The notes beneath the pieces are model-generated. The model ran no database searches, had not been told where the DNA came from, and saw only the letters and a program-made list of their open reading frames with translations. A DNA stretch of 64,000 bases from an uncultured Clostridia bacterium (GTDB lineage Bacteria > Bacillota > Clostridia > TANB77 > CAG-508), in NCBI GenBank assembly GCA_947628835.1, contig CANRBL010000003.1, positions 196 through 64,195 of the forward strand. Direction: 5' to 3'. The position numbers and the translations under genes are program-made. Numbering within the stretch: the first letter of the stretch is position 1; every line of letters starts with the position of its first letter. This document shows, one piece after another, positions 36,903-47,203 of this stretch.

Positions 36903-37985
36903 ATGAAAATAATACATTGTAGTGATTTGCATCTAGATTCAAAAATGGAAACGAATTTATCCAAAGAGCAAGCACGAGAAAGAAAAGATGAAATACTAAT
37001 AACATTCAAAAATATGATACAATATGCCAATGACAATGAAGTACAAATTATTATAATAGCTGGAGATTTATTTGATAATAGTAGAGTGTCAGCAAAGGCT
37101 AAGAATATAGTAAAAGACGCAATATTAACTAATAAGGATATAGACTTTATATATTTAAAAGGAAACCATGATGTATCAAATTTGTTTGAAGAAGATGAAG
37201 AAATTCCAGAAAATTTAAAACTATTTTCAAGTACAGAATGGAAAGAATATATTTATGGCAATGTGGTCATAACAGGAATAGAACTGACAAAAGAAGATAA
37301 CTACGACAAATATAATACGTTAATGTTATCAAAAAACAATGTAAACATAGTAGTAATGCATGGACAAGAAGTAACAAGTGATAGTAGTGATGATCCAGAA
37401 GCAATAAATATAAATAAATTAAAGAGAAAAAATATAAATTATTTAGCATTAGGCCATATTCATAGTTACAAAATGGAAAAATTAGGAACAAAGGGAAAAT
37501 ATTGTTACCCTGGTTGCTTAGAGGGAAGAGGATTTGATGAATGTGGAAAAAAAGGATTTGTATTATTAGATATACAAGATGATAAAATAAAAACAGAATT
37601 TATAGAATTTGCCAAAAGAACATTGTATGAAATTGAAGTAGACATAACAGATTTAGATACTACAAGTGATGTAGAGAAAAAAATAGATAAAGAAATAAAA
37701 GAAATACCAAAAGAAAGTTTAATAAAAATTGTACTAACAGGAAAGGTAAAAATAGGTTCAGAAAGAGATATTGATTATTTATTAAAAATATATAATGAAA
37801 TTTACTATTTTGTAAAAATATATGATAAAACTACACTTGCAATAAATTATTTAGACTATGAACATGATGCATCATTAAAGGGAGAATTTATTAGATTAAT
37901 TTTAAGTCAAGAAAACATATCAGAAGAAGAGAAAAAACAAATAATAGAAGCAGGTATAAAAGCTCTATCAGGAGAAGAAGTTTAA
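36903..37985 (+). CDS. Metallophosphoesterase, SbcD/YhaO-like DNA repair exonuclease
   Basis: IIHCSDLHLD, IIAGDLFD, LKGNHD, VVMHGQ, ALGHIH motifs. Confidence 0.75.
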   Translation: MKIIHCSDLHLDSKMETNLSKEQARERKDEILITFKNMIQYANDNEVQIIIIAGDLFDNSRVSAKAKNIVKDAILTNKDIDFIYLKGNHDVSNLFEEDEEIPENLKLFSSTEWKEYIYGNVVITGIELTKEDNYDKYNTLMLSKNNVNIVVMHGQEVTSDSSDDPEAININKLKRKNINYLALGHIHSYKMEKLGTKGKYCYPGCLEGRGFDECGKKGFVLLDIQDDKIKTEFIEFAKRTLYEIEVDITDLDTTSDVEKKIDKEIKEIPKESLIKIVLTGKVKIGSERDIDYLLKIYNEIYYFVKIYDKTTLAINYLDYEHDASLKGEFIRLILSQENISEEEKKQIIEAGIKALSGEEV

Positions 37986-38086
37986 GAGTTTACAACTAAT
38001 TTAGCTTGTGGAAAAGAATAAAAAAAGCTCAAAAAGTTAATTCTTTTCCAAGCAGATTTGTGCATAAGGAAGGAATGTGATAAAAA

Positions 38087-40732
38087 ATGAAATTAATTAG
38101 ATGTTACATAGAAAACTTTGGAAAAATAAAGGAATTTTCATATGAATTTAAAGATGGACTAAATATTGTAAATGAACAAAATGGGTGGGGAAAAACAACA
38201 TTTGCGACATTTATAAAAGCAATGTTTTATGGATTAGAATATACTACTAGACGCTCTCTTGATAAAAATGAAAGAAAGAAATTTTTGCCATGGCAAGGGG
38301 GAAAATTTGGTGGAAACTTAGAATTTGAAATAAATGGCAATATATATAAAATAGAAAGATTTTTTGGTGCAAAGGAAAAAGATGATACATTTAAATTATA
38401 TAATCAAAAGACTCACTTAAAATCAAAAGATTATTCTGAAAATATAGGAGAAGAAATTTTCAAGATTGATAAAGCCTCATTCGAAAGAAGTACATATATT
38501 CCTCAAGAAAATATCCAAGTTGAAATTAATGATAGTATAAGTGCAAAATTAAGTAATATATTAGAAAGTAATAATGATATAGAAAGCTCTGATGGTGCAA
38601 TAAAAATATTAGATGACAAAATTAAAGAATACAAAAAGAAAGGCGACAAAGGTAAAATATATGATACAGCAGATAAAATTAGAGAATTAATGACAAAATT
38701 AGAGCATAGTAAATCAGATGAGGAAAAGTTAAGTTTATTGAAAAACAAAATATCAGAAATAAATAATATAATAGAACAGATAAATGTGCAAAAAACAGGA
38801 AAACAGAAAGAATTGAAGCAATTGCTAGAAAGTCAAGGAAAAGTAGCAAAATATAATATGTATGAGCAATTATGTGATGATTATAATCAAAATATAAAAA
38901 AATTTGAACCAATAAATGATTTTTTCCATAATGAAATTCCAGAAATAGAAGACTTAGATAACTATACAAGACAATGTATTGAAATAGAAAGGTTAAGAAA
39001 TGAGATAAAGTCATATGGAATGATAGATAATGACTTAATAAAGTTAAACAATTTAAAACAATTATTTGATGAAGGTATTCCAAAAATAGAAGATATTGAT
39101 AAGTGTATTGAATTATTAAATGAAGCTGAACAATATGATGTAAGAATTGCAGAATGTTATTTAACACCAGAGGATAAGGAAAATTATGAAAGATTAAATG
39201 TATTTTTTGGAAAAGAGATGCTTACAGAAGAAAAAATTGATTCATATTTTAACGAAGCTAATGAAATAGAAGAATTAAAAAGAAAAATTGATGTAAATGA
39301 CAATAGACTAAAAATGTTAGAAGAATTTGAAACAAATCAAAAAAAATTAGAAAATAAAGATAAAGGAAATGTTATTTTTTTCTTAATATCAGCAATATGT
39401 ATACTTTTAGGAATACTATTAAGTAGAAGTGTACAAACAAAAATAGGTTTGCCAGTTATAGTAATAGGAATTGCAGTATTGGTTATGGGAGTATTTCAAA
39501 AAATAAAAATAAAGAAATCTCCAAAAAAAGATATAAGCTTAATGTCTAAAGAAGATATAATGAAAGAAAAAAATGAATTAATGCAAAAAAAGAATGAGTT
39601 AGAAGATGATTTAACTGATTTTGTTGATAAATTTGCAGAAGAATATAGATTAGATAATATTGTGAAATGTTTAACTCAAATAAAAACAAGTTTTAATAGA
39701 TATAATGATTTAGCAAGAATGGTATATATGAATCATATAAAAATAAATGATTATAAAGAAAGAAAAAATACTATAAGTTTAGAAATTGATCAAATATTAG
39801 GAAAATATTATAAATATTTTGAAAATCAGCAAATAACGCAATATGAAATGTGTAAAAAAATTGAAGATAAAGTAAGAGAGTATGAAGATACAAACATAAA
39901 ATTACAAAAACTAGAAAAATATAATCAAACATTAAAGACTTTAGAAAATGAAATAAAATTATTTTTGAATAAATATTATGATAATATTTCTGATGACTTT
40001 TATAACAATTATATTGAAGATATAAAATTAAAAAGAAATGATTTCTATAATTTGAAAGAACAGGTAGAGCAAATAAAAAATAAGAAACAAGTATTTGAAA
40101 AAGAAAATGATATAAAAGATATTCAGAATTTAAGTTTGTCATCAGCTAAAAGTGAGGATATAGAAAATATCATAAACGAGTTAGATACTCAGTTAAATAA
40201 TTATAATGATGAGAAAAATTATTTAAAAAATCAATTAGAACTTGCAGAAAGTGAAATAGAAAATATTTCAGATATAGAGAGTGAAATTGAATATTTACAA
40301 GATGATTTAGAAGTTTATATAGAAAAGTGTAACATATTAGAAAAAACAAAAAAATACTTAGAACAAGCAAAACAAGATTTTTCATCTCATTATTTAACAA
40401 CAATGAGTAATGGATTTCAAAAATATGTAAATATGATAAACGGAGAAGAATTACAAACAGATATAGATGTTAATTTAAATGTTAAGATAGAACAATTAGG
40501 CTCAAAAATGCCAATAGAATATTTTAGTACAGGTTATAAAGATTTAGTAGGAATATGTATGAGATTTGCATTAGTAGAGGCTTTATTTGAAAATGAAACA
40601 CCATTTATAATGCTAGATGATCCTTTTGTAAATTTAGATGAAGATAAACTAAGAAATGCGTTAGATTTAATTGAACAAATAGGTCAAAAATACCAAATTA
40701 TATATTTTATATGTCATTCAAGTCGAGCATAA
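38087..40732 (+). CDS. SMC/SbcC-like AAA ATPase (YhaN-like) with central transmembrane hairpin
   Basis: Walker A NEQNGWGKTT. Long coiled coils. Two hydrophobic helices at about aa 428-470. C-terminal FSTGYKD signature-like motif and Walker B FIMLDDPFVNLD. Confidence 0.7.
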   Translation: MKLIRCYIENFGKIKEFSYEFKDGLNIVNEQNGWGKTTFATFIKAMFYGLEYTTRRSLDKNERKKFLPWQGGKFGGNLEFEINGNIYKIERFFGAKEKDDTFKLYNQKTHLKSKDYSENIGEEIFKIDKASFERSTYIPQENIQVEINDSISAKLSNILESNNDIESSDGAIKILDDKIKEYKKKGDKGKIYDTADKIRELMTKLEHSKSDEEKLSLLKNKISEINNIIEQINVQKTGKQKELKQLLESQGKVAKYNMYEQLCDDYNQNIKKFEPINDFFHNEIPEIEDLDNYTRQCIEIERLRNEIKSYGMIDNDLIKLNNLKQLFDEGIPKIEDIDKCIELLNEAEQYDVRIAECYLTPEDKENYERLNVFFGKEMLTEEKIDSYFNEANEIEELKRKIDVNDNRLKMLEEFETNQKKLENKDKGNVIFFLISAICILLGILLSRSVQTKIGLPVIVIGIAVLVMGVFQKIKIKKSPKKDISLMSKEDIMKEKNELMQKKNELEDDLTDFVDKFAEEYRLDNIVKCLTQIKTSFNRYNDLARMVYMNHIKINDYKERKNTISLEIDQILGKYYKYFENQQITQYEMCKKIEDKVREYEDTNIKLQKLEKYNQTLKTLENEIKLFLNKYYDNISDDFYNNYIEDIKLKRNDFYNLKEQVEQIKNKKQVFEKENDIKDIQNLSLSSAKSEDIENIINELDTQLNNYNDEKNYLKNQLELAESEIENISDIESEIEYLQDDLEVYIEKCNILEKTKKYLEQAKQDFSSHYLTTMSNGFQKYVNMINGEELQTDIDVNLNVKIEQLGSKMPIEYFSTGYKDLVGICMRFALVEALFENETPFIMLDDPFVNLDEDKLRNALDLIEQIGQKYQIIYFICHSSRA

Positions 40733-40784
40733 AATTTTTATATAATATTTATTTACGTTATGCATATTAATGAGGTAAACTGGT

Positions 40785-41546
40785 ATGGGAAGAAAAAAGA
40801 AAAATAAAAAAATAAATATTTGGCAATATATTTTTACAGTGGTCATATTAATTTGTATTTCAATGTATGCATATATAGAAAAAAATGCTACATATAGTAA
40901 TACAGAAGATGATTATAATGAAAATGATAAAAATGCAATATTTGATTTGGACACAATTCCGGAATATTTATCAAGTCCTTATGTCGAAATTAACAATAAT
41001 ATTCCCTATTTTTCAGAAAATGATTTGACAGTGCAGGCATTTGAAAGATATAGTAATTGGGATAATTTAGGAAGAAGTGGAGTAGCATTTGCTAATATTT
41101 GCAAAGAAATAATGCCAAAAGAAGGAGAAGAACGTGGTGAAATAGGAAGTATAAAAAATCTTTCTGGTTGGGTACAAAAAAGATATGATAATTTAATTAA
41201 GGATAAATATTTATATAATCGTTGTCATCTAATTGGCTGGCAACTTGCAGGTGAAAATGCAAATAAAAATAATTTGATAACTGGTACAAGATATTTAAAT
41301 ACAGAAGGAATGTTACCATTTGAAAATGAGGTTGCTGAATATATAAAGAAAAATGAAAATAATCATGTACTATACAGAGTAACTCCTATTTTCAAAGGTA
41401 ATAATCTTCTAGCAAGTGGAGTAGAAATGGAAGCATTGTCAGTTGAAGATTTAGGTAAAGGAGTTCAGTTTAATGTTTATTGCTATAATGTTGAGCCCGG
41501 AATAGTTATTGATTATGCTACTGGAGAAAGTTATGAGCAAAAATAA
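40785..41546 (+). CDS. Membrane-anchored DNA/RNA non-specific endonuclease (Endonuclease_NS_2-like)
   Basis: N-terminal TM helix. NRCHLIGWQLAGENANKNNLITGTRYLN...YRVTPIF...FNVYCYNVEPGIVIDYATG. Confidence 0.7.
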   Translation: MGRKKKNKKINIWQYIFTVVILICISMYAYIEKNATYSNTEDDYNENDKNAIFDLDTIPEYLSSPYVEINNNIPYFSENDLTVQAFERYSNWDNLGRSGVAFANICKEIMPKEGEERGEIGSIKNLSGWVQKRYDNLIKDKYLYNRCHLIGWQLAGENANKNNLITGTRYLNTEGMLPFENEVAEYIKKNENNHVLYRVTPIFKGNNLLASGVEMEALSVEDLGKGVQFNVYCYNVEPGIVIDYATGESYEQK

Positions 41547-41672
41547 ATGTGATAAATTACAATAAAACTATTGTAAAATTATGGAAAAAAATATATAATT
41601 ACTCTTAATTTTAGTTCTTAATACTATTAAATCAGATAGTATATTCCATTATTAAAACAAAAAAACGAAGGA

Positions 41673-42395
41673 GTGATTATATTATTGAATTTAGACTTAG
41701 TAAATGATTTATTTAATAATTTAAAGGAGAATAAATTTGTGCAAAATTTTATAAAAGAGTTATCAAATTATTTGGAAAGAAATGTAATAAACAATACGAA
41801 AATATCTGAATTAGATAATACGTGGAATAATTTATTGGCAGATGATTTGGAAATAGATGACAAGAAAATAATTTCCAAATATAAGAGTGAAATGCTACTA
41901 GAAAGAACAAATATCTTGCAAAATTATGCTTTAAAAACTAAAGAAAAAGGAGAAATGTACTATATATATGACATAAATGAGGAAAATTCATATAATTTAT
42001 GTATTTGCAAGCAAAGTGAAAGTCATAAAGTAATTACAAAGAAAATAGAAGATTTACCAGAAGGGACAAGTTTAGGAAGTGTTTTAAGAAAAAAAGGTGA
42101 AGACTTTATTTTAGAAAAAGAAGATACCAAGATTATAGAAAATCAAATAAATAATATGATTAAGGAAAAGATTAAAGAGCAAAATAATTATTTAGATAGT
42201 AAAAGAATAGAAGGACATATTTATGAAGCAGATGAAAAATATTTAGGAAGAATTTGGCTATATGATTTAAATAATAAAGTTGGTGGTGAAATAGAAGGAA
42301 TTGAAGAAATAGAATTTCCAAAAAATTTGTATGAAACAGCTAAAAGTGGGGACAAATTTATTTATATAAATGGAGAATATCAAAAGTATGAATAA
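41673..42395 (+). CDS. Hypothetical protein (240 aa)
   Basis: ORF after a GAAGGAG SD. The start codon is uncertain (GTG 41673 or TTG 41685). No motif recognised. Confidence 0.45.
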   Translation: MIILLNLDLVNDLFNNLKENKFVQNFIKELSNYLERNVINNTKISELDNTWNNLLADDLEIDDKKIISKYKSEMLLERTNILQNYALKTKEKGEMYYIYDINEENSYNLCICKQSESHKVITKKIEDLPEGTSLGSVLRKKGEDFILEKEDTKIIENQINNMIKEKIKEQNNYLDSKRIEGHIYEADEKYLGRIWLYDLNNKVGGEIEGIEEIEFPKNLYETAKSGDKFIYINGEYQKYE

Positions 42396-42590
42396 AAAAG
42401 CAAGCCTAAGATTTTTCTAATACATAACTTATCCGTAATTTGCCTACACTCATACGGCTAAGAAATCTATCAAATTCAAATTTTAAGAAAATTTAAAGAA
42501 CAAAAGCGGACATTATGAACATTTTTACTATTAAAAACATTTTAAAGTCCGCGTCTTTGTTCGCCATATTTTTCTAGTACGATTAGTGTT

Positions 42591-43751
42591 TTAGGAAAGT
42601 ATTAAAGAATTAATTAGAATACCTAAATTTTTTCTATAAATTTCATCAAATTGAGAAATTGGAAGAGGATTAGTGCCAAGTCCGGCTTCAATAGTGTATC
42701 CAGGTTTATTATAATTTTGTATAAACCAATCTTTATATCCAGCGAAACTTGAATTATATGGTGTACTTTCTAAACTATATCCACTGACATTGGATAATTT
42801 TTTTCCAATATATAAACTATTTGGAGGATTGTAATTTTGAAATTGCCAAAATATGACTTCTCCTTGTGTATGATAAGATAATATAAGGCTAAAGTTATGA
42901 TTAAGTGTAAAATTGTAAATGGCCAAAGATTCAGGTTCAGTTAATGGACCATATCCAACAAAATCACGAGGTGCAGGTTTTGTAAATCCTTGTGCGTATT
43001 TGATTTCACGAGCATTGTACCATCCAGCTGGAAATTGCAAATTTAAATCTACACCTTTTATATTTGCTTTCCAACCATTAGGATAAGGAATATTAGGATA
43101 ATTATTGGCTATTAATTTAGTATTATAATATAAAGAAGAATTAGAACTAATTTCTCCTGTAACTAAGTCAACCCCATCGGGATTAACCATAGGCATTATA
43201 TAAAGAGAAACAGAATTAAACAGTTCACGAGAATTATATCCATATATAGTAAGGTTTTTAGAATAGCAATAACAAAAATCAGCTACAAAGTTCATTAATA
43301 AAGGAGCGGTAATCCATTCATTAGCGTGAATAGCAGAAGAATAAAAGACTTCTTTAGAGCCAACTCCAATTTTAATAACAGGAATTTTTTTTCCCAAGAC
43401 ACTAGTTCCAGAAGAAAATATTTCAAGAAAAGGATAAATATTTTTTAAAGAATTGATATTAATGTATAAAATATTAGAACTATAACTGATATTAGTAGGA
43501 ACAATAAAATTCAAACCGCCATTTATATAAGGCATTAATGCATTCCAGGTATTATTTCCAACAATACCATCTGGAATCAATCCAAAATTGGTTTGAAGCA
43601 TAATAACAGAATTTTGTGTATTATAACCGAAGATACCATCAATTTTTCCATTATAAAAACCAAGTTTTTGCAAAATATTTTGTAAAAATTCAGTTAAAGG
43701 ACCTTTAGAACCTAATTTTAAAGTATAAAACATAAAAATCACCTTATACAT
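42591..43751 (-). CDS. M14 family gamma-D-glutamyl-(L)-diamino acid peptidase with N-terminal peptidoglycan-binding domain
   Basis: PG_binding_1-like [43 protein letters not shown]. Zinc motif HANEWIT. One of only two credible minus-strand genes. Confidence 0.8.
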   Translation of the reverse strand: MYKVIFMFYTLKLGSKGPLTEFLQNILQKLGFYNGKIDGIFGYNTQNSVIMLQTNFGLIPDGIVGNNTWNALMPYINGGLNFIVPTNISYSSNILYININSLKNIYPFLEIFSSGTSVLGKKIPVIKIGVGSKEVFYSSAIHANEWITAPLLMNFVADFCYCYSKNLTIYGYNSRELFNSVSLYIMPMVNPDGVDLVTGEISSNSSLYYNTKLIANNYPNIPYPNGWKANIKGVDLNLQFPAGWYNAREIKYAQGFTKPAPRDFVGYGPLTEPESLAIYNFTLNHNFSLILSYHTQGEVIFWQFQNYNPPNSLYIGKKLSNVSGYSLESTPYNSSFAGYKDWFIQNYNKPGYTIEAGLGTNPLPISQFDEIYRKNLGILINSLILS

Positions 43752-43851
43752 AATATGAAAAAAATAACATAATTGTTAAAAATTTTATGTAAAGTATTGA
43801 ATTGAAGAAATTTTTATGTTAAAATATATTATGTAAATAAGGAGGTAAAAA

Positions 43852-45639
43852 ATGTCAATATTTGAAAATAACAATGTTAGAAAAATGTTAAATGATGGTA
43901 TAATAATTACAGTAAATGTAGAACAAGAAAAATGTACAATTAAAAGTAAAATTTATCAAGATAGAGAGGTAGAAAACAATAAAGAAGGATATTATTCGAG
44001 AAAAGGCATTAAAGAGGGCGTTATGAGATTAACAAAAAAGAAGATAAAAAGAGAACATGCAATCAATATAGATAAATTAGTATTAGATACTATAATAAAA
44101 TATGATAAAAAGTACGATACAAAATTTACAAATAAATTTTTAATGATGTCTTCAAAAGAAAGAAGATTTGCAAAGGAAAGTAAAAAACAATATGAAAAAA
44201 GATGTGTAGAAAACAGAAACAGTATTTTAGCATCAAATGATATGGAAATTAAATATGATATATCTAATATAAAAAATAAGAATAATTTAAAGAAAATAAA
44301 ACATGCGTTAAAATTTATTAATCAATATACTGATATACATTCATATTTTAACATAAATATAAACGGTGAACAAAATGAAACTGAATACTCGAATGATGAA
44401 GTAGAAACTATAAATTCATTAATAAAGGATATAAATAATGATAAACTAAATACAGAAAAAATTGAACAAAAGAAAATAGAAAACAAAGAAACTGTAATGC
44501 AAATGTTGCAAGAAATAAAAAAAGAAAAACAAGGTGAAATTATATCAAACGAATTAACAAAAAAAGAAATACAATCAAATAAAGAATTAGAAGAAAACAT
44601 AAGTAAGTCAATGGAAACAATGACAAATTCAAAAGAAAGAAAAGTAAAATTGGAAACATTAAATGAAGAAGAAAGACAAATGTTAGAGGATATATCAAAA
44701 TCAATGCCTATCAAAGAAAATAATTTATTTTCAGTAATAATTGAAAAAATAACTAATATAAAATATAGAATTAGTAAATCAATAGAAGAAAGAAAAATAA
44801 CAAAAGTTTTAAAAAAATCAAAAAAACATGTAAATCATAATCAAAAATCAGAAAATCATACAAAAAAATTAGGATATGTAGGGCAAACTGGTCTATTAGT
44901 TGGATTAGGTATATTTTTAGGAATATCAAATCATCATGTACCAACTAGTACATTTGCAGATAAGCAGATTGAAGAGAGTGCAGATAAAGGAAAGGATAAG
45001 TTAAAAGCGGCTAAACAAAATAATTTTAAAAAGAATATTCAAATGGAGAATAGTGTATTTTATAAAGAATTTCAAAATGGAGATAAGCAATGGAATGACT
45101 TTACAGTAAATCAATCTCAAAACAATGAGATAGAAAGTAATACTGATAAAGAAGATAAAAAAGAAAATGATAGTAAGGAAAATATTGATAAAAAAGATAA
45201 AGATAAAAATAAAAAAGAAAAAGATAATAAAGAAAAAAATAGAAAATCAAATGTTATTACAGCTAAAGAAATATTATCTACAATTGAACCAGGAATAAGT
45301 CTTAAAGAGTTAAAAAAAGGTACATTTTATGCTAGTTCAGAAGGAGAAGGACCAACAGGAACATTTGAAAAACACATAAAAGAAGATAAAATAGTAGAAA
45401 TGATTAAAGTTACATTTGAAGATGGTACATATAAAATAAAAAATGTTGAAGATGATACGAACTTATATAAATTAAAGAAAAAATATCCAGGGGCAGAATT
45501 TTCATGTCATATAAAAGATTTAGGCTGGGTAAATGCTAGAACAGTCATAGATGCTAGAATGAAAGAATTGAAAAAAGAAAAAAATAGAAAAATGGTAAAT
45601 AAAGGACAAGTTGTAGAAAGCACAAATAGTGAAAGATAA
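43852..45639 (+). CDS. Hypothetical Lys/Glu/Asn-rich protein with one central TM helix (595 aa)
   Basis: Long ORF with AAGGAGG SD. TM segment GQTGLLVGLGIFLGI. No catalytic motif recognised. Confidence 0.5.
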   Translation: MSIFENNNVRKMLNDGIIITVNVEQEKCTIKSKIYQDREVENNKEGYYSRKGIKEGVMRLTKKKIKREHAINIDKLVLDTIIKYDKKYDTKFTNKFLMMSSKERRFAKESKKQYEKRCVENRNSILASNDMEIKYDISNIKNKNNLKKIKHALKFINQYTDIHSYFNININGEQNETEYSNDEVETINSLIKDINNDKLNTEKIEQKKIENKETVMQMLQEIKKEKQGEIISNELTKKEIQSNKELEENISKSMETMTNSKERKVKLETLNEEERQMLEDISKSMPIKENNLFSVIIEKITNIKYRISKSIEERKITKVLKKSKKHVNHNQKSENHTKKLGYVGQTGLLVGLGIFLGISNHHVPTSTFADKQIEESADKGKDKLKAAKQNNFKKNIQMENSVFYKEFQNGDKQWNDFTVNQSQNNEIESNTDKEDKKENDSKENIDKKDKDKNKKEKDNKEKNRKSNVITAKEILSTIEPGISLKELKKGTFYASSEGEGPTGTFEKHIKEDKIVEMIKVTFEDGTYKIKNVEDDTNLYKLKKKYPGAEFSCHIKDLGWVNARTVIDARMKELKKEKNRKMVNKGQVVESTNSER

Positions 45640-45677
45640 TATTAATAGAATAAATTGAAAGGTCTTAAAAACAATAG

Positions 45678-45721
45678 AAAAGCCTTGTACGTAGAATAAA
45701 TCTATAGTACAAGGCTTTTTA
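45678..45721 (+). terminator. Rho-independent terminator
   Basis: AAAGCCTTGTAC-16 nt-GTACAAGGCTTT followed by TT. Confidence 0.7.
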
Positions 45722-45821
45722 AGTTAATTACAATATATTTAATTATTGATAAATCAAAAGCACTGTGATAAAATACTAGAAAAAAAAGAAAGGAGAGTTA
45801 GTAAAACTAACAGTAGAAAAA

Positions 45822-46607
45822 ATGGAAAAAAAGAAAATAACAATATTTGGAATAAGTATATGGAGAATAATGGCATATTTTATAATTTATAGTGTGGCAG
45901 GATATGTAATAGAAACAATATTTGGGGTAATGACAAAAGGAAGATTAGAAAGTAGACAAAGTTTTTTATATGGACCATTTTGTGCTATATATGGATTAGG
46001 AGCAACAATATTAATCGTATCGTTAAAAAAATTTGAAGGAAAACCAAATATTATATTTATAGGGGGATATATAATTGGTTCAATAACAGAATACTTAGTA
46101 AGTTTATTAGGTGAACTGATATTAAATGTTAAATGGTGGGATTATTCACATATGCCACTTAATATAGATGGAAGAATATGTGTATATTACTCTTTATTTT
46201 GGGGATTTTTATCATTATATTTAATGTTATCATTAAATCCTAAAATTGATAGACTAATAAATTGGATAAAATTAAAAATGTCAAAAAAGGCAGGAAAAAT
46301 ATTGCTAGCAATAATAACTATCTTTATGTTTATAGACTGTGTTATTACTGCAAAAGCATTGCAATTCTTTTATATAAGAATGATAGCAGAAAATGATTTA
46401 GATGTAAAAAATAAGCAAGTAATAGAGCAAAAATATGAAGAAATATATTCAAATGAAAAATTAAGTAAATTTATAGATAAATACTGGGGAAATAAGAAAA
46501 TGATACGAACTTTTCCAAATTTAAAAATTGAAAGTGAGCAAGGAGAAATAATATATTTTGACTCATTACTTCCAGATATTCAAGCATATTATTATGATTT
46601 TAAGTAA
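45822..46607 (+). CDS. Putative ABC-transporter type IV (PF06541/DUF1113-like) membrane protein
   Basis: YFIIYSVAGYVIETIFG...SFLYGPFCAIYGLGA...WWDYS pattern and multiple TM helices. Confidence 0.6.
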   Translation: MEKKKITIFGISIWRIMAYFIIYSVAGYVIETIFGVMTKGRLESRQSFLYGPFCAIYGLGATILIVSLKKFEGKPNIIFIGGYIIGSITEYLVSLLGELILNVKWWDYSHMPLNIDGRICVYYSLFWGFLSLYLMLSLNPKIDRLINWIKLKMSKKAGKILLAIITIFMFIDCVITAKALQFFYIRMIAENDLDVKNKQVIEQKYEEIYSNEKLSKFIDKYWGNKKMIRTFPNLKIESEQGEIIYFDSLLPDIQAYYYDFK

Positions 46608-46616
46608 AAATTGTAA

Positions 46617-46658
46617 CTATGTGTGCATTGTGAGCAAAGCAAGAAAGGAATGGAATTT
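46617..46658 (+). repeat. Interspersed repeat family B copy overlapping the start of the DUF4116-like gene
   Basis: CTATGTGTGCATTGTGAGCAAAGCAAGAAAGGAATGGAATTT. Confidence 0.6.
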
Positions 46659-47186
46659 ACAATGGAAAGAAAAGAAGTAACAGAAATGAAAAAAAATAAA
46701 GATAATAGGCAATATGTATTAGAAGCTGTACAGCAGGAAGGAAAATTACTAGAATTTGCAAAAGACGAATTTAGAGATGATGAAGAAATTGTAAAAGAAG
46801 CATTAAAGCAAGATGGAGAAGCATTAGAATTTGTAAGTAACAGACTAAAAGATAATAAAGAAATAATATTATTAGGAATAAAAGGAGCTCCATGGACAGC
46901 GTGTTATGCTTCAGAAAAACTAAAAGCTGATAAAGAAGTAATAATGGAAAGTGTAAAAACATATGGTCAAAGTTTGTATTATGCTAGTGAAGAGTTAAGA
47001 AATGATAAAGATGTTGTAAAGCTTGCAGTACAGAATAAAGGAATAATAATAAAATATGCAAGTTATGAATTAAGAAATGATGTAGAAATTGCAACAATAG
47101 CAATGAAACAAGATAAAAGAGCATATAATTTTATATCACAAAGACTAAAAAATGATGATGAAATAAAAAAATTATTAGAAAACTAA
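46650..47186 (+). CDS. DUF4116-like repeat protein
   Basis: Repeated ~30-aa units (EAVQQEGKLLEFAKDEFRDDEEIVKEALKQDGEALEFVSNRLKDNKEI...). The start is uncertain (46623, 46650 or 46662). Confidence 0.55.
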   Translation: MEFTMERKEVTEMKKNKDNRQYVLEAVQQEGKLLEFAKDEFRDDEEIVKEALKQDGEALEFVSNRLKDNKEIILLGIKGAPWTACYASEKLKADKEVIMESVKTYGQSLYYASEELRNDKDVVKLAVQNKGIIIKYASYELRNDVEIATIAMKQDKRAYNFISQRLKNDDEIKKLLEN

Positions 47187-47203
47187 AAAATAAGGAGAAA
47201 TAG

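Noticed and set aside
36903-40732. SbcD-like nuclease plus SMC-like ATPase as a phage-defence system (Lamassu/Gabija-like)
   Set aside because: The motifs and the two-gene order match the conserved housekeeping yhaO/yhaN (sbcCD-type) repair pair of Firmicutes. No additional defence-type effector domains were seen.
42396-42590. Slightly GC-richer 195-nt convergent intergenic region as a tRNA-like or sRNA gene
   Set aside because: Only short stems (CCGTA/TACGG, GCGGAC/GTCCGC) were found. There is no cloverleaf, promoter or terminator signature. It is more likely the 3' UTRs or terminators of the two convergent genes.
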